Assembly: GCA_041946805.1 (NCBI GenBank)
Contig: JBHGBC010000129.1
Span: 1-17,289, forward strand
From: a bacterium
GTDB lineage: Bacteria; Hinthialibacterota; Hinthialibacteria; Hinthialibacterales; Hinthialibacteraceae
DNA: 17,289 nucleotides
Direction of reading: 5' to 3'
This document shows positions 15,391-17,289 of this stretch, one piece after another. Every line of letters starts with the position of its first letter. Position 1 is the stretch's first letter. Both the position numbers and the translations under genes were made by a program. Below the pieces are notes generated by a model. It worked only from the letters and a program-made list of their open reading frames with translations. It was not told the origin of the DNA and searched no databases.

Positions 15391-17088
15391 TTACCAAAAG
15401 TAAATATAAATACCAGCGAGCACCGCGGCCATGGCCAGCCACCAGAGCCACAAATTGCCAATCCACGAGGAGGATTCCGGGCTGAGCATGCTTTGATCCC
15501 AGAGATTCGCGCAGACCGCGCGGCGGGAGGCGGCCAGGCCGGAGATCAGCGCGAGGGTGATGATCAATACCAGGACGGCCATAAGCGGTGGGCTCCAGGC
15601 CGAAAGCGCAAATACCGGAACGATCCCCACGCTGGACAAAAGTAAGTTGATACCCGTGGAACCCTTCCAATCCATGCAGACCATCAGCGCCATGGAGGCC
15701 AAATACACCGCCCCCGCGAGGACCATGGGATTCTCCAGATTGACCGGCAGGAAATGGACGCCGCGGTCCGCCAACAGGGATTTGATCAACACGAAGGGGA
15801 CCGACGCGATGGCCAGCCAGAGGCAGGCCAGCGCGCCCCGTTCCCGCGCGGCGGGCCACAAGGCCCCCGCCAGAAACACCACCACGACGGGCGCGGCCAT
15901 GGGCGCCCAGATATCCTGCGCGTACCGGAAGATGATTTCCCATTTCATCACCACCGGCGCGAAGAGCGCGCCGAACAACAACGCCAGCGCGCCCGACCAG
16001 CGGCCCACGCGCACCAGGCGCTCCTCGGACCACGATGGACCTTTCCAGGGCCGCACGATGTCCAACGTCACCAGGGTCGAGGTGGAATTGACCAGGCCGG
16101 AGATGGTGGACATGATGGCGCTGATGACCGCCGCCGCGACCAGGCCGCGCAGGCCCGCGGGCACCACGGCGGCCACCACCAGCGGATAGGCGGCGTTGGG
16201 ATCCTCCAGGCCCGGATCGATCACGCGGTAAATCATACCGGGAAAGGTCGTGGCGAACGGCATCAGTATTTGCAGGCCGCCGGCCAGCAGCACGCCCATT
16301 TTGGCGTGCCATTCGTCGCGCGCGGCCAGGCAGCGTTGGTTGATGTACTGATTGGTGGCGTAATACCATACATTGGTGGATAGCATCAAGATGACCAAGG
16401 CGGTCCAGGGGACTTCATGATCGGCGGGGGTCATCAAATGGGCGCGCTGGCCCTCGCCCAGCACCGCGCTGACATTCCAGCCGGTTTGCTGCATGCCGGC
16501 GAAGAAAACATACAAGCCGCCAACCATCAGCAATATACATTGCAGCGAACTGGTCCAGGCGACCGCCGCCAGGCCGCCGTAGACCGTGTACAATCCGGTC
16601 AGCAGCGCCAATCCCCACACGGCGGCCAGTTTGTTGACGCCCCACATCTTTTCCAGGGCGTATCCGCCGGTGTAAAACACCAGGGCGAAATTCACGAATA
16701 TATAACTGGCGATGGTCAGGCTGGCGTACAGGGTCCGCGACCGGCCGCCGAACCGGCGCTCGAGGTACTCGGGCATGGTGGAAACGCGGTGGCGGACATA
16801 CAACGGGATGAATATCCACAGCAGGATGGAAAGCGAGGGGAACACCAGCCATTCCCAGTTCGCGATGGGCATGCCCAATTTGTAAGCATACCCGGCTTCG
16901 CCCACGAATTGTTCGGAACTGATCCCCGCCGCGACGATGGAGAGGCCGATGGTGTACCACGGCAATTGATTGCCGGCTTTAAAATAACCGCTCACCGAGG
17001 CGTGCTGCCGCCGGGAGGCCCAAAAACCCAGGATCAGAATGAAGATAAAGTATCCCAGGCAAACCAGCCGATCGATCGTGGTATACAT
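15391..17088 (-). CDS. Sodium:solute symporter (SSS/SLC5 family), probable sugar transporter
   Basis: GYFKAGNQLPWYTIGLSIVAAGISSEQFVG, TMPEYLERRFG, YTVYGGLAAVAWT, NQYINQRCLAARD, AAIMST-like SAIMST motif; many TM helices; 565 aa. Confidence 0.93.
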   Translation of the reverse strand: MYTTIDRLVCLGYFIFILILGFWASRRQHASVSGYFKAGNQLPWYTIGLSIVAAGISSEQFVGEAGYAYKLGMPIANWEWLVFPSLSILLWIFIPLYVRHRVSTMPEYLERRFGGRSRTLYASLTIASYIFVNFALVFYTGGYALEKMWGVNKLAAVWGLALLTGLYTVYGGLAAVAWTSSLQCILLMVGGLYVFFAGMQQTGWNVSAVLGEGQRAHLMTPADHEVPWTALVILMLSTNVWYYATNQYINQRCLAARDEWHAKMGVLLAGGLQILMPFATTFPGMIYRVIDPGLEDPNAAYPLVVAAVVPAGLRGLVAAAVISAIMSTISGLVNSTSTLVTLDIVRPWKGPSWSEERLVRVGRWSGALALLFGALFAPVVMKWEIIFRYAQDIWAPMAAPVVVVFLAGALWPAARERGALACLWLAIASVPFVLIKSLLADRGVHFLPVNLENPMVLAGAVYLASMALMVCMDWKGSTGINLLLSSVGIVPVFALSAWSPPLMAVLVLIITLALISGLAASRRAVCANLWDQSMLSPESSSWIGNLWLWWLAMAAVLAGIYIYFW

Positions 17089-17145
17089 ATGTTATATTCC
17101 ACCGGAATTCTTCCATTCGGGCCGGGGAGACCCGGAAATTTGTTA

Positions 17146-17289
17146 GGCGCATCCGGCAAGTGCGTACTTTTTTTCAAATCGCCGTGGCGCGTCTCTTCGA
17201 AAGGATCCATGAAAACCACCCCCACAATTCCCTCTCCCTTTGGGAGAGGGCCAGGGTGAGGGTATTTTTGTAGGGACGGACCTTGGTGT
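17146..17289 (+). mobile_element. MITE-like composite element (copy F, cut by window edge)
   Basis: GGCGCATCCGGCAAGTGCGTACTTTTTTTC left end, REP 17230-17262, GTAGGGACGGACCTTGGTGT 17270-17289; collinear with copies B and E. Confidence 0.6.

Overview
High-GC bacterial chromosomal region; the Pro/Thr-linker dockerin-like secreted proteins and the pilin-like gene style suggest a Sumerlaeota/Hinthialibacterota-like candidate lineage (inference only). Eleven credible CDSs. Plus strand: lipoprotein, HU-family protein, secreted protein with two dockerin-like domains, heptosyltransferase II (waaF), ferritin-like/VIT1 fusion, a stand-alone terminase large subunit-like ATPase/nuclease, and a prepilin-type protein. 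Minus strand: a ~1090-aa secreted multidomain protein and a sugar uptake/catabolism trio (sodium:solute symporter, aldose-epimerase-like protein, SDR). The intergenic DNA is rich in several REP-like/MITE-like repeat families. Most notable: (1) an apparently intact orphan terminase gene with no phage neighbours, bracketed by 41-bp direct repeats and matching repeat clusters, with an 8-2-8 palindrome just upstream; (2) a ~170-210 bp composite MITE-like element with terminal inverted repeats and two nested REP types, present three times.
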